Shown piece by piece: positions 12,919-22,479 of a stretch of 64,000 bases of DNA (position 1 is its first letter; the number at the start of each line of letters is the position of its first letter). The notes under the pieces were generated by a model. It had not been told where the DNA came from. It was given only the letters and a program-made list of their open reading frames with translations, and ran no database searches. Both the position numbers and the translations under genes were made by a program. Source of the stretch: Verrucomicrobiia bacterium (GTDB lineage Bacteria > Verrucomicrobiota > Verrucomicrobiia > Limisphaerales > UBA1319); the NCBI GenBank assembly GCA_963664225.1, contig OY760937.1, forward strand, positions 3,392,001 through 3,456,000, in the 5' to 3' direction.

Positions 12919-13683
12919 GTGCATGATTATGGCGCAATAGCGTTGGCCGCGTTGGCGGTGTTGTTCATCGGATTGTCCAAGGCGGGCTTTGGTGGCGGCC
13001 TGGGCATGCTGGTGACCCCGTTGTGCGTGCTGGCCTTTGACGCCAAAGTGGCCATCGGCGTTCTCCTGCCGCTGCTGTGCGCGGGGGACGTGTTTTCGCT
13101 TTACCATTACTGGGGCAAATGGGACCGGCGCAACCTGCTATATCTTGTGCCCGGAGTGGTGGTGGGCGTGTTGATCGGGGTGCAATTCATCGGCCAGATT
13201 TCCGCGCGTAACCTGAACCTGTCAATCGGCATCCTGGCGGTGGCGTTCGTCCTGTTTCAGTTCTTCAAAGAATACATATTCCGCGCCGAGGGCGTGTTCA
13301 AACCCGGTCACGGTCTGGGCATTCCCTGCGGGATCGGGGCCGGATTCACATCCAGCATTGCCCACGGGGCCGGACCGGTGGTGAGCGTGTTCTTGATCCC
13401 GCAAAAGCTCCCCAAGGAAATATTTGTGGGCACCAACGTGCTCGTGTTCACCTGGGTGAACTGGATCAAGATGCCCTTTTTTGTGGGCCACGGAATCGTC
13501 ACGCGGGAAACCCTGATCACGAGCCTGGAATTCCTGCCGATCATCCCGGTCGGTGTTTGGCTGGGGGTGTGGTTGAACCGGAAGTTTTCCGAAGGCGTTT
13601 TCACCCAGTTGATCTATTTGTTCACCTTCCTGGCGGGCATTGAGTTGATCTTCAATTTCGATTTCGCCCATTGGTTTAAATAG
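12919..13683 (+). CDS. TauE/SafE (TSUP) sulfite/sulfur-compound exporter
   Basis: GLSKAGFGGG motif, AHGAGP, about eight hydrophobic segments; GTG start. Confidence 0.88.
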   Translation: MHDYGAIALAALAVLFIGLSKAGFGGGLGMLVTPLCVLAFDAKVAIGVLLPLLCAGDVFSLYHYWGKWDRRNLLYLVPGVVVGVLIGVQFIGQISARNLNLSIGILAVAFVLFQFFKEYIFRAEGVFKPGHGLGIPCGIGAGFTSSIAHGAGPVVSVFLIPQKLPKEIFVGTNVLVFTWVNWIKMPFFVGHGIVTRETLITSLEFLPIIPVGVWLGVWLNRKFSEGVFTQLIYLFTFLAGIELIFNFDFAHWFK

Positions 13684-13745
13684 CGTAAAAATCGGCCATC
13701 GGTTATAAGGAATTATCACCATGTGCGAAGAATCCGATAATGACT

Positions 13746-13826
13746 GCCGGGTGCCCTCAACCGGCGCGTTGGCAGATGTGGGGCCAGCGTTCGCGAATGT
13801 TGTAGGCCGGGTGCCCTCACCCGGCG
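13746..13826 (+). repeat. REP pair: degenerate copy 13746-13766 and intact GTAG copy 13802-13826
   Basis: gccgggtgccctcaaccggcg and GTAGgccgggtgccctcacccggcg; stem gccgggtg/cacccggc. Confidence 0.85.
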
Positions 13827-14161
13827 CTCTCTCCGAGCCATTGCCCCGCCGACTTCGACGACTCCACCGCGTCTGGCCTGATCGTGATGGCAATATTTCG
13901 TATTTTCTGACCATTTGTGTGGAAGGTCGCGCCCATGCTCTGGCTAATTCAGACACGTTTGGACGATTGACCGATTTTCTCGTCGATTCCCCAATGCGTT
14001 ATGGATGGTATCCACGACGGTTCGTATTGATGCCGGATCACCTTCATTTGATTGCCCACCAAAGCCCGGCGGCGGTGCGGTTGGGCCAATGGATAAAGGC
14101 GTTGAAAGTTGTGGTGCGCGGATTGGAACGGCGAGATATTCGACAGGGCAATTCCCCGGAA

Positions 14162-14264
14162 CGCCCGGTGGGGGCACCGGGCCTACAGGGTGGAGCGTTG
14201 GCAGATGTTGGATGTCCGAGGCCAACGAATGCGAACAATGTAGGCCGGGTGCCCTCACCCGGCG
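14162..14264. repeat. Inverted REP doublet (BIME/REPIN-like) inside the RAYT coding sequence
   Basis: cgcccggtgggggcaccgggcCTAC (14162-14186, minus) plus spacer plus GTAGgccgggtgccctcacccggcg (14240-14264, plus). Confidence 0.88.
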
Positions 14265-14615
14265 AAACTTCATCAGGAGTCAATGACGTCCACGAATTTA
14301 CCCGCGACCAAACCGTCTGGCGTTGGCAGGAAGGATTCCACGACCACAAATTCCGCTCCGTCGAAAGCGAACAACGGAAATGGGAATACATATGTTTGAA
14401 TCCTGTGCGTTACGGCTTGGTGGCCCGACCGGAACAATGGTCATACGGCGGTGAGATTTATTACGATGCGAATGTGGGACCACAATTGGTTGCGGGGACG
14501 CCACCGTTATTTGAGACGGGTTTATTGATGGAACCTTCAGATTGCATCGAGGATGGCCAATCGGGTGTGGATGCATCCTCGACGCTCGAAGGCAGCAAAA
14601 ATGGAGGGGCGCCAG

Positions 14616-17600
14616 ATGGGCCATCCTTATAATTTCAATCAAGATCGCATTGGAGGGGTTGTGGATTATGCCGAACGCCCGGTGAGGGCACCGGGCCTAC
14701 AGGGTGGCGCAAGGTCCGTTCGGGGTCCCTTATTGGCCGGAGTTCTGGCACTGTGTTTGTGCATCGGTGATTCGGTGGCGGCGGAACAGGCGCCGCTTGT
14801 GATTCAGGAGGGTCCGCCCCCGATGAGCACGCCGCCGACTCCGGTTTCCAGTTCGAGCGCGGAATACTGGGTGGAAACCTGGCGAACGGACAACGGCCTG
14901 CCGGATAACACCATCAATGCCATTCTGCAAACCCGTGATGGTTACTTGTGGTTGGGGACGGCTGGAGGCCTGGCGCGGTTTGACGGGGTTCGTTTCACAA
15001 CGCCGCTGTCGGCTGAATTCAAGGGCGTGCGGATCACCGCGCTGTGCGAGGATCGATCCGGCCGGTTATGGATCGGGACGCAGGATGCGGGTCTGCTCTG
15101 CCGGCAAGCCGGCGGCTATGTGCATTTCACCAAGACCCAGGGTTTGCTGGATAACACCATCACCTGTCTGGCGGAGGATACCTTTGGAGGGATCTGGATG
15201 GGCACGCCCGCAGGCTTGAATCATTTCAAGGACGGAGTCATTTCGAGCTATGCCGGGCCGGAGGCGCTGCCGCACGATTTCATTTCAGGCATTCACGCCG
15301 GGCGTAGCGGCAACCTCTGGATCACCATTCGCACCGGCGTCTGCCAGTTCCGGAACGGGCGCGTGGTGCCGTTCGAATACAAGGATAATAACCAGGGCCG
15401 CAACGCCGAATACCTGGGCGTTTATGAGGATCGCGCCGGCAATCTTTGGGCCTATGGCGACACTTTTTTACTCAATGTTGGTCAGGGCAAACGCTTTAAT
15501 TATTTCAAATCCAGCGATCCATCCTCCTCGCGCGTGTGGACCATTTTCGAGGGTCAGGAAGGGGACCTGTGGATCGGAACCAGCGGACGCGGCCTGTTTT
15601 TATTTCACGACGGGCGGTTCGAAGCCGCCCCCGTGCAGGAAGGGCAATTGGCCAACGACATCCGCGCCATCTTCCAGGATCGCGAGGGAGACCTCTGGGT
15701 GGGGTCGTCCGGGGAAGGCTTGTCGCGTTTGAAGCCGCGTCGCGTGCATGTGGCTGGAACCGAATCCGGGCTGCCGGATCGCCATTTTCGGGCGCTGGCC
15801 CAGGGCCCGCAGGAGCGGACCTGGGTCGGGTTTGAGGACGGCGGGTTGTGGCAGGGGCCGGAGGGGCATTTCGAACAGGCGCGCCAGATCAACGGTTTCG
15901 ATCCCGAATCGCATATCCGCTGTCTTCTGGGCGGCGAGGACGGCCGGGTGTGGGCTGGAATCTGGGGGATCGGTCTGGCGCAGATTAAAGAGGATAAAAT
16001 GGCCCTTTATACGATGGCCAACGGACTGGCCGATCCGCAAGTCACGGCGTTGTGCGAGGATTCATCGGGGGTTTTGTGGATCGGGACGCAGGGCGGGCCG
16101 TTGCAGAGCTGGGATGGACGGCAGTTTGCGACCTTTGGTCGCAGGGATGGACTGCCGGGCCAGGCCATTCTCTGTCTCCTGGCGGATACGAACGGCGCGG
16201 TTTGGGCGGGCACCGATGGGGGCGGCGTTTTGAAGTGCGGGAAAACCGGTGTTTCGCCGCCTGTGTTCGGGGGCGTCCGGGTGGCGGCTCTTTGCAAAGA
16301 CCGCGAGGGCCGCTTGTGGGTGGGCACCGAAGGCCGGGGACTGGGCTTGATCGTCGGCGGGCAAGCGCGTTTCTGCACCACGCTCAACGGTTTGCCTTCG
16401 GATCGGGTTTCACAAATCCTGGAGGACGATTCCGGTAATCTCTGGCTGGGTGTGCCCGAAGGCATCGCGCAGATTCCAAAGTCCGTGGCCGATGAATGGG
16501 TTCACCGCCAGGCGCCCATCCGCTGCCTGCTTTACGGGCCGGAGGATGGACTGCCCGCCAGCCCGCGGGGAAACGGGTGGAAGGCGGCCCGTAAATCGCC
16601 CAACGGCAGACTTTGGTTCGCGACCGAGTCGGCACTCGTGGTCGTTAATCCCACACAGCTTGTTTTCAACCAGCAGCCTCCGCCGGTCATCCTCGAAACC
16701 ATACGCGTCAACGGGCAGGTCGCGTGGGATGCCTCCGCGCGGCCGCTCCTGAGCCAGCTCCAAATCCAGGTCGATGCGGAACACGACAAGCCGGCGACAC
16801 CGTTCCTGAGAATCCCCCCCGACTGCCGGAACATCGAATTTCAATTCGCCGCGCCGAGCTTCATGGCGCCGGAAAAAGTGCGCTTCAAATACCGGCTCGA
16901 AGGCTTCGACCCGGACTGGGTGGATGGCGGGGCGGCGCGCCAGGCCCGCTACGGAAAACTGGTGTCGGGAGCTTATGCTTTCAAGGCCACCGCGTGCAAT
17001 AACGACGGGGCTTGGAATGAAGCGGGCGTGGAGGTTCTGCTGGAGGTGTTGACGCCGTTCTGGCGGACCTGGTGGTTTTTGGGCCTGAGTGGCATTGCGT
17101 TCATCGGTGCGATTACCGGGGGCATCCGGCTGGTGTTGCTGCGACGCCTGCGCCGGCACCTGCGCCGGGCTGAGCACCAGCGCGCCATGGAGAAGGAACG
17201 CACGCGCATTGCCCAGGACATGCATGATGAAATCGGCTCCAAACTCACCCGCATCTCCTTCCTGAGCGAGATGGCCAAGGCGCAGGCCGAACCGATGCCC
17301 CAGCTTAAACAACAAATCGATTCCATTGCCCTGACCTCGCGCGAGCTGCTCAAGAACCTTGACGAAATCGTGTGGGCCGTGAATCCGCGCAATGACACAC
17401 TCGAAGGCCTGGCCTCGTATTTAGGCCAATACGCCACAGAGTATTTTCAAGGGACGGCCATCCATTGCGAACTCGAACTGCCCGCCCATCTGCCCGCCTG
17501 TCCGCTGAATGCCGAATGCCGCCACAACGTCTTCCTGACCTTCGAGGAGGCGTTGAACAACGCGCTCAAACATTCGGGCGCTTCACGGGTTCGCGTGGAA

Positions 17601-17870
17601 ATGAGCCTGCCGCCCAATGCGTTTTGCGTGATGGTGACCGATGATGGCGCGGGTTTTATTCTGGAAAAGAGCGCTGACGGCACTTTTAAACGGGCGGGCA
17701 CGATGCACGGAACACGCATCTCCAACGGTTTGCACAATATGCGCCAGCGCGTCACGGATATCGGCGGCGAATGCGCCATTGAGAGCCAGCCGGGCAGGGG
17801 GGTGAGCGTGCGGTTGACGATTCCCCTTCCACAGGGTAACGAGAAGGGAAGATTTGACAACCTGCATTGA
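14616..17870 (+). CDS. Sensor histidine kinase with periplasmic beta-propeller (Reg_prop) repeats, Y_Y_Y domain and HisKA_3
   Basis: Repeated GLP.N.I.A..ED..G.LWIGT, FKYRLEGFD, TM segment, ERTRIAQDMHDEIG, NALKHS, DDGAG. Start uncertain. Confidence 0.92.
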   Translation: MGHPYNFNQDRIGGVVDYAERPVRAPGLQGGARSVRGPLLAGVLALCLCIGDSVAAEQAPLVIQEGPPPMSTPPTPVSSSSAEYWVETWRTDNGLPDNTINAILQTRDGYLWLGTAGGLARFDGVRFTTPLSAEFKGVRITALCEDRSGRLWIGTQDAGLLCRQAGGYVHFTKTQGLLDNTITCLAEDTFGGIWMGTPAGLNHFKDGVISSYAGPEALPHDFISGIHAGRSGNLWITIRTGVCQFRNGRVVPFEYKDNNQGRNAEYLGVYEDRAGNLWAYGDTFLLNVGQGKRFNYFKSSDPSSSRVWTIFEGQEGDLWIGTSGRGLFLFHDGRFEAAPVQEGQLANDIRAIFQDREGDLWVGSSGEGLSRLKPRRVHVAGTESGLPDRHFRALAQGPQERTWVGFEDGGLWQGPEGHFEQARQINGFDPESHIRCLLGGEDGRVWAGIWGIGLAQIKEDKMALYTMANGLADPQVTALCEDSSGVLWIGTQGGPLQSWDGRQFATFGRRDGLPGQAILCLLADTNGAVWAGTDGGGVLKCGKTGVSPPVFGGVRVAALCKDREGRLWVGTEGRGLGLIVGGQARFCTTLNGLPSDRVSQILEDDSGNLWLGVPEGIAQIPKSVADEWVHRQAPIRCLLYGPEDGLPASPRGNGWKAARKSPNGRLWFATESALVVVNPTQLVFNQQPPPVILETIRVNGQVAWDASARPLLSQLQIQVDAEHDKPATPFLRIPPDCRNIEFQFAAPSFMAPEKVRFKYRLEGFDPDWVDGGAARQARYGKLVSGAYAFKATACNNDGAWNEAGVEVLLEVLTPFWRTWWFLGLSGIAFIGAITGGIRLVLLRRLRRHLRRAEHQRAMEKERTRIAQDMHDEIGSKLTRISFLSEMAKAQAEPMPQLKQQIDSIALTSRELLKNLDEIVWAVNPRNDTLEGLASYLGQYATEYFQGTAIHCELELPAHLPACPLNAECRHNVFLTFEEALNNALKHSGASRVRVEMSLPPNAFCVMVTDDGAGFILEKSADGTFKRAGTMHGTRISNGLHNMRQRVTDIGGECAIESQPGRGVSVRLTIPLPQGNEKGRFDNLH
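14676..14700 (-). repeat. REP copy downstream of RAYT
   Basis: cgcccggtgagggcaccgggcCTAC followed by agggtgg, nearly identical to 14162-14193. Confidence 0.88.
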
Positions 17871-17920
17871 ACCGGCGATGGATGTTTTTGTTCCGGCCCG
17901 GCGCATCGCATTAAATTGAC

Positions 17921-18547
17921 ATGACCATCTCCATATCGATTGTCGAAGACGACGCAGGCCTGCGCGAGAGCATCACGCAGTATATCGGCGCTTCACGCGG
18001 GTTCCAGTGTGTCAGCCAGTATGCCAGCGCCGAGGAGGCCCTTGAGCATCTGGCGCAGGACAAGCCCGACGTGGTGCTCATGGACATCAACCTCGAGGGC
18101 ATGAGCGGCATCGAATGCGCGCGCCGACTCAAGACCGCAGCCCCGGCCATTCAAATTCTGATGCTGACGGTCTTTGACGACACGGAACAAATCTTCAACG
18201 CCCTGGCGGCGGGCGCCAGCGGTTATCTGTTAAAACGGGTGAATCCACCGAAGCTTTTGGAGGCCATTCGCGAGGTGCATGCGGGCGGATCGCCAATGTC
18301 CGGCCCCATCGCGCGCAAGGTCGTCAGCTCGTTTCAAGCCCAACAAGCCTCCATCCCACAAAAAGCGAATCTCTCGCCGCGAGAACGGGAAGTCCTCGAA
18401 TGCCTGGCCCAGGGGCGGGCTTATAAACAAATCAGCGATCAACTGGGCGTGAGCATCGATACCATTCGCACTTACATCCGCCGCATTTACGAGAAACTCC
18501 ATGTCTGCTCCCGTACGGAGGCGGTGGCCAAATACCTGAGGCCGTGA
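17921..18547 (+). CDS. NarL/LuxR-family response regulator
   Basis: VEDD, LMDINL, LSPREREVL HTH, IYEKLHV; cognate of the upstream HisKA_3 kinase. Confidence 0.95.
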   Translation: MTISISIVEDDAGLRESITQYIGASRGFQCVSQYASAEEALEHLAQDKPDVVLMDINLEGMSGIECARRLKTAAPAIQILMLTVFDDTEQIFNALAAGASGYLLKRVNPPKLLEAIREVHAGGSPMSGPIARKVVSSFQAQQASIPQKANLSPREREVLECLAQGRAYKQISDQLGVSIDTIRTYIRRIYEKLHVCSRTEAVAKYLRP

Positions 18548-18577
18548 CGTCAGCGCAGGTCAGCACCGTCGGCTTCC

Positions 18578-19357
18578 TTACTGGCCGTTGAGCATCCGGT
18601 TCTTGATGGTGGTGATTTTGCGCGCAATCGTTTTCAGATTGCGCGAGGGATAGCGGGCGGTGATGCGCTTGAGGCTCAGGGGATGCGAGGCGGGCGTGTT
18701 GATGCCAAACTCGGTTGTGCAGGCGGTCTGATAACCGGCTTCCATCACCAGGTTGCGCACATGCTCGTCATACTCGCCATAGGGATAGCAGAAGTGCTGA
18801 ATGGGCACGTCGAACAAATCCTCCAGCCGTTTTTTGCTGGCGGAAATTTCCTCCTGGGCGTCGCGGAGGGACAATCGGGAAAGCCGGGCGTGCGTGAGCG
18901 TATGCGAGCCAATTTCGTGGCCGGCCGCCAGCCAGGTCCGCACCTGGGCGGCGTCCATGAGCGGTTCGATCACCTCGCCGTCGCGCAGATCCCATTCGTT
19001 GTTTTTGCCGATTAAATTGGCGACCAAAAAAAGGACGGCCTGAAGCTTGCGGCGGTTGAGAATCTCCAGGGCGTTATCGAACACGCTGCTGAACCCATCG
19101 TCGAAAGTCAGGGCCATTGAGCGGGCGGGAGCCAGGCCGCTGACAATGCGTCCCAGTGATGGGGTGGAATATCCCGCCTCCTTTAATTCGGCCAGTTGCT
19201 GATCGAATCGAGTGGCGCCCAGGTACAAACCCTTCAGGCGCGCTCCCGCGGGCCGCGCGCCGATCTTATGATACATCAGTATCGGAATGCCTGTGGCGAA
19301 ATACTCCTCGAACCCTTCCAGAGTGGAGAAGTATCCCGGCAAATCTTCAAAAGACAT
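18578..19357 (-). CDS. Polysaccharide deacetylase (CE4/NodB)
   Basis: ILMYH, TFDDG, GSHTLTH, FCYPYG. Confidence 0.92.
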   Translation of the reverse strand: MSFEDLPGYFSTLEGFEEYFATGIPILMYHKIGARPAGARLKGLYLGATRFDQQLAELKEAGYSTPSLGRIVSGLAPARSMALTFDDGFSSVFDNALEILNRRKLQAVLFLVANLIGKNNEWDLRDGEVIEPLMDAAQVRTWLAAGHEIGSHTLTHARLSRLSLRDAQEEISASKKRLEDLFDVPIQHFCYPYGEYDEHVRNLVMEAGYQTACTTEFGINTPASHPLSLKRITARYPSRNLKTIARKITTIKNRMLNGQ

Positions 19358-19397
19358 AGGGCTTAATATGGCAGAAACGGAACGAAAGTCTAAAAAC

Positions 19398-19434
19398 AAA
19401 AAACCGGGGCCGCCCGCAAGGACGCCCCCGGTTT
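19398..19434 (-). terminator. Rho-independent terminator after tig
   Basis: aaaccgggg...ccccggttt hairpin with an A-run on its left, which is a U-tract on the minus strand. Confidence 0.75.
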
Positions 19435-19448
19435 GAGTGCAAATATGA

Positions 19449-20768
19449 TTATGCCGCCGGGGCCGATCCGGTCTCTTCCTCGACTTTGGCGTGCAATTGG
19501 AGGAAGTCCAGCACCTTGGCGGTCACGACCTGCTCCTCGATGGCGCCCAAGGCGTTGCGTTCCCGCAATTTTTTCACGAACAACTCGGGGCGCATCTGGG
19601 CCTGGGAGGCCAGCGCGATGATGCGGCGCGTCATTTCCTCGTTGTTGGTGGTGATTTTCTCGATCTCGGCAATGCGCATGAGCACAAAGGCGGTTTTGAC
19701 CCGTTCCTTGGCATTCACACTGGCCACGTTGTAAATTTCATCCTTCTTCTCGTCGATCAATTCCCGGGCCACGCCGCGGGTCTGATTTTCCCGGACGATG
19801 TCATAGACGACCTTGCGGGTCTCTTCCAGCACCATGGACTCGGGCAGTTCGCAGGTCAGCTTGCTGGTCAACGCCGCAACAATCTGGTTGCGAATGCTGA
19901 CGGTCTGTTTCCGTTTGAGTTCCTCGCCCAGATCATGACGAACGCCCTCGATCAGCTTTTCGAGGTTCTCGGCGCCGTAGATTTTTGCCAGCGCGTCATC
20001 CTGCGGCGGCAGCACGGATTCCTTGACCTTCGTGGCTTCCACTTCGAAGACAGCCTTTTTGCCGGCCAGGGCGGGTTCGACAAATTCCGCCGGAAAATCA
20101 ACCGTGACGGTGCGTTTTTCACCCGCCTTCATTCCATCCAACTGCTCGGTGAAGCCGGGCAGGAAGGAATCCGTTTCCAGGCGCAGCCAGAAATCCTTGC
20201 GCTCGGAAAGCCCTTTGGCCGTGGGAGCCAGTTCGGTGAGCGGCTTGCCGTCGCTGGTGCCGGTGTAATTGACCACCAGGAAATCACCCTTGCCCGCGGC
20301 GCGATCCACATCGTTGAACGACGCGCGCTGCTCGCGCAGGACCACCAATGCCCGGTCCACATCCGCCTGCGTGACGACAACGGAGGGGGCCTTGACCGTC
20401 AGACCCTTGTATTCAGGCAGCTCGAATTCGGGCGCCAGCTCGACTGTGGCGGCGAATTGATATCCCTGCTCGCGGCTGAACTGGATTTCTTCGATATCGG
20501 GATAGCCGACCACATTAAGCTTTTCCTGCTTAAGCGCCTCGCGATAGGCGTCGGACAGAAGTTTGTTCTTGGCCTCTTTTTCAATGTCTTTGGCGAACAT
20601 CTTTGCCACCCGGTCGCGGGGGGCTTTGCCCGGCCGGAAACCCTGGATTTGGGCAAACCGCTGGACTTCCGTCGTGGCCTTGTCCAAGGCGGCAGCGACA
20701 GCGGCGGCATCAACTTCCACCCGCACCAATTTTTTACAGGGGCCCAGATTCTCAACCGTTACATTCAC
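19449..20768 (-). CDS. tig: Trigger factor
   Basis: GFRPGKAP ribosome-binding motif; FKBP domain (FLPGFTEQL..GEKRTV..FP); GTG start. Confidence 0.96.
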   Translation of the reverse strand: MNVTVENLGPCKKLVRVEVDAAAVAAALDKATTEVQRFAQIQGFRPGKAPRDRVAKMFAKDIEKEAKNKLLSDAYREALKQEKLNVVGYPDIEEIQFSREQGYQFAATVELAPEFELPEYKGLTVKAPSVVVTQADVDRALVVLREQRASFNDVDRAAGKGDFLVVNYTGTSDGKPLTELAPTAKGLSERKDFWLRLETDSFLPGFTEQLDGMKAGEKRTVTVDFPAEFVEPALAGKKAVFEVEATKVKESVLPPQDDALAKIYGAENLEKLIEGVRHDLGEELKRKQTVSIRNQIVAALTSKLTCELPESMVLEETRKVVYDIVRENQTRGVARELIDEKKDEIYNVASVNAKERVKTAFVLMRIAEIEKITTNNEEMTRRIIALASQAQMRPELFVKKLRERNALGAIEEQVVTAKVLDFLQLHAKVEEETGSAPAA

Positions 20769-21041
20769 TTTTATCCTTTCAAATCATCCTGCCGGATACA
20801 CTCTTGAGTCGCGCGCCGGTTCGCGACGCTCCATTTCGAGTTGGTTAGCCTAGAAAACGAGGGGGCCAGCGTCAAGCGCGCTCTGAACGCGTTTTTTTGC
20901 GCCCTATTATCCGGCCTTTAAAGTTGCCATGATGATTGGGTTGGTATAAAAACAACTTATGTCAAAAGCGATTGACAGGCGAACGGAATGGAGCCCTTTC
21001 CATGCCGGAGGAAAAGTCTCCTGCCGCAAACATGGAATCCA

Positions 21042-21746
21042 ATGAACCACGAGGCGTTTTACAAGGTTAGCTACGGGCTTTACGTCGTCAGTTCCGCCAG
21101 TGGTGGCCAACTCAACGGCTATATTGCAAACACCGCTTTTCAAGTCACTGCGAAACCCGCCCGGTTTGCCGTCGCCTGCAACAAGGACAACCACACTTGC
21201 GGACTGATCGGTCAGAGCCAGGTCTTTGCGCTTTCGATTCTCGCCCAGGACACCAAGGCGGAATTGATCGGCCTTTTCGGTTACCAATCAGGCCGGACGG
21301 TCGATAAATTCGCCGCAGTGCGTCATCGAACAGGCCAGACCGGCGCGCCAATTCTCCTGGAGGATGCGCTCGCATGGTTTGAATGCAAAGTGGTGCAGAC
21401 CATTGATGTCGGCACACACCTGCTCTTCGTGGGGGAAGTGGTGGATGGCGATGTAACCGATAACCCCCAGCCGCCCCTTACGTACGCTTATTACCGGGAT
21501 GTCAAGAAAGGCAGGGCGCCGAAAAACGCCCCCACCTACCTTGAACCCGCCAAACCTGAACCGGTCGCCAAGACCGATTCGAAGCCCGACAAATACGTCT
21601 GTGCCGCCTGCGGCCATGTTTACGATCCGGCCGAAGGTGACCCGGACGCCGGCATTCCGGCTGGCACACGGTTTGAAGATTTGCCGGAAAACTGGGTCTG
21701 CCCGGTTTGCGGCGCCGCCAAAACCGATTTCACAAAACAATCTTAA
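21042..21746 (+). CDS. Flavin reductase-rubredoxin fusion (high-molecular-weight rubredoxin)
   Basis: [16 protein letters not shown] flavin reductase domain plus [24 protein letters not shown] rubredoxin. Confidence 0.9.
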   Translation: MNHEAFYKVSYGLYVVSSASGGQLNGYIANTAFQVTAKPARFAVACNKDNHTCGLIGQSQVFALSILAQDTKAELIGLFGYQSGRTVDKFAAVRHRTGQTGAPILLEDALAWFECKVVQTIDVGTHLLFVGEVVDGDVTDNPQPPLTYAYYRDVKKGRAPKNAPTYLEPAKPEPVAKTDSKPDKYVCAACGHVYDPAEGDPDAGIPAGTRFEDLPENWVCPVCGAAKTDFTKQS

Positions 21747-21776
21747 TACTCACACTTAACCTCAATTATCGAACTT

Positions 21777-22355
21777 ATGGAAAAAAGTCTCAAAGGAACA
21801 CGCACGGAACAAAACCTCTTGAAATCATTTGCGGGGGAATCGCAGGCGAGAAATCGTTACGAGTTTTTCGCGAGTGTGGCGAAGAAGGAAGGCTACGAGC
21901 AGATTGCCGCCATTTTCCAAAAAACCGCCGATCAGGAAAAGGAACATGCGAAACGTTTTTTCAAATTCCTGGAAGGCGGCGAGTTGGAGATCACGGCCGG
22001 TTATCCTGCGGGCAGGATTGGCACGACCGCCGAAAACCTGAAAGCGGCCGCAGGCGGCGAAAACGAGGAATGGACGAAGCTCTACGCGGAGGCCTCAGAA
22101 GTTGCCAGGGCTGAAGGTTTTATTGAGGTGTCGGTTGCGTTCAAATTGATTGCCAAAGTGGAGGCCGAGCACGAAAAACGGTATTTGAAGATCCTGAAGA
22201 ATCTCGAAGCGAAGCAGGTTTTCTCCAGGGAAACCAAGGTTAAGTGGCAATGCCGTAATTGCGGCTATGTGCATGAAGGCACGAATGCACCCGACAAATG
22301 CCCCGCCTGCCAGCATCCCCAGGCTTATTTTGAACAGATGGAGGAAAACTACTGA
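21777..22355 (+). CDS. rbr: Rubrerythrin
   Basis: FAGESQARNRY, EKEHA, EAEHE diiron ligands; CRNCGY..CPACQHP. Confidence 0.96.
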   Translation: MEKSLKGTRTEQNLLKSFAGESQARNRYEFFASVAKKEGYEQIAAIFQKTADQEKEHAKRFFKFLEGGELEITAGYPAGRIGTTAENLKAAAGGENEEWTKLYAEASEVARAEGFIEVSVAFKLIAKVEAEHEKRYLKILKNLEAKQVFSRETKVKWQCRNCGYVHEGTNAPDKCPACQHPQAYFEQMEENY

Positions 22356-22479
22356 GCGGCCTTTCACCGGCAGATTGGATTCACGGATGCGGATTGCTTT
22401 CAGATGGTTTTCGAAATGGCGTTATTAGGTGGCAGAAAAGCATCCATCGCCGTATGATAACGATCATTACACGCATGCC

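Larger units (their letters stand above)
13721..14632 (+). mobile_element. REP-associated tyrosine transposase (RAYT, IS200-like Y1/HUH) with in-frame REP insertions
   Basis: YFLTICV, FVLMPDHLHLI (HUH), WQEGFHDH, YICLNPVRYGLV (catalytic Tyr) motifs; GTAG-REP hairpins inside and downstream. True start uncertain. Confidence 0.85.

Noticed and set aside
13746..14700. CRISPR interpretation of the 25-bp repeats
   Set aside because: Mixed orientations, irregular spacing, GTAG-hairpin form, association with a RAYT and no cas genes.
19491..20807. 438-aa plus-strand ORF
   Set aside because: Antisense shadow of tig.
20769..21041. tRNA upstream of tig
   Set aside because: Only a short hairpin at about 20807-20831; no cloverleaf or properly spaced T-loop and acceptor stem.
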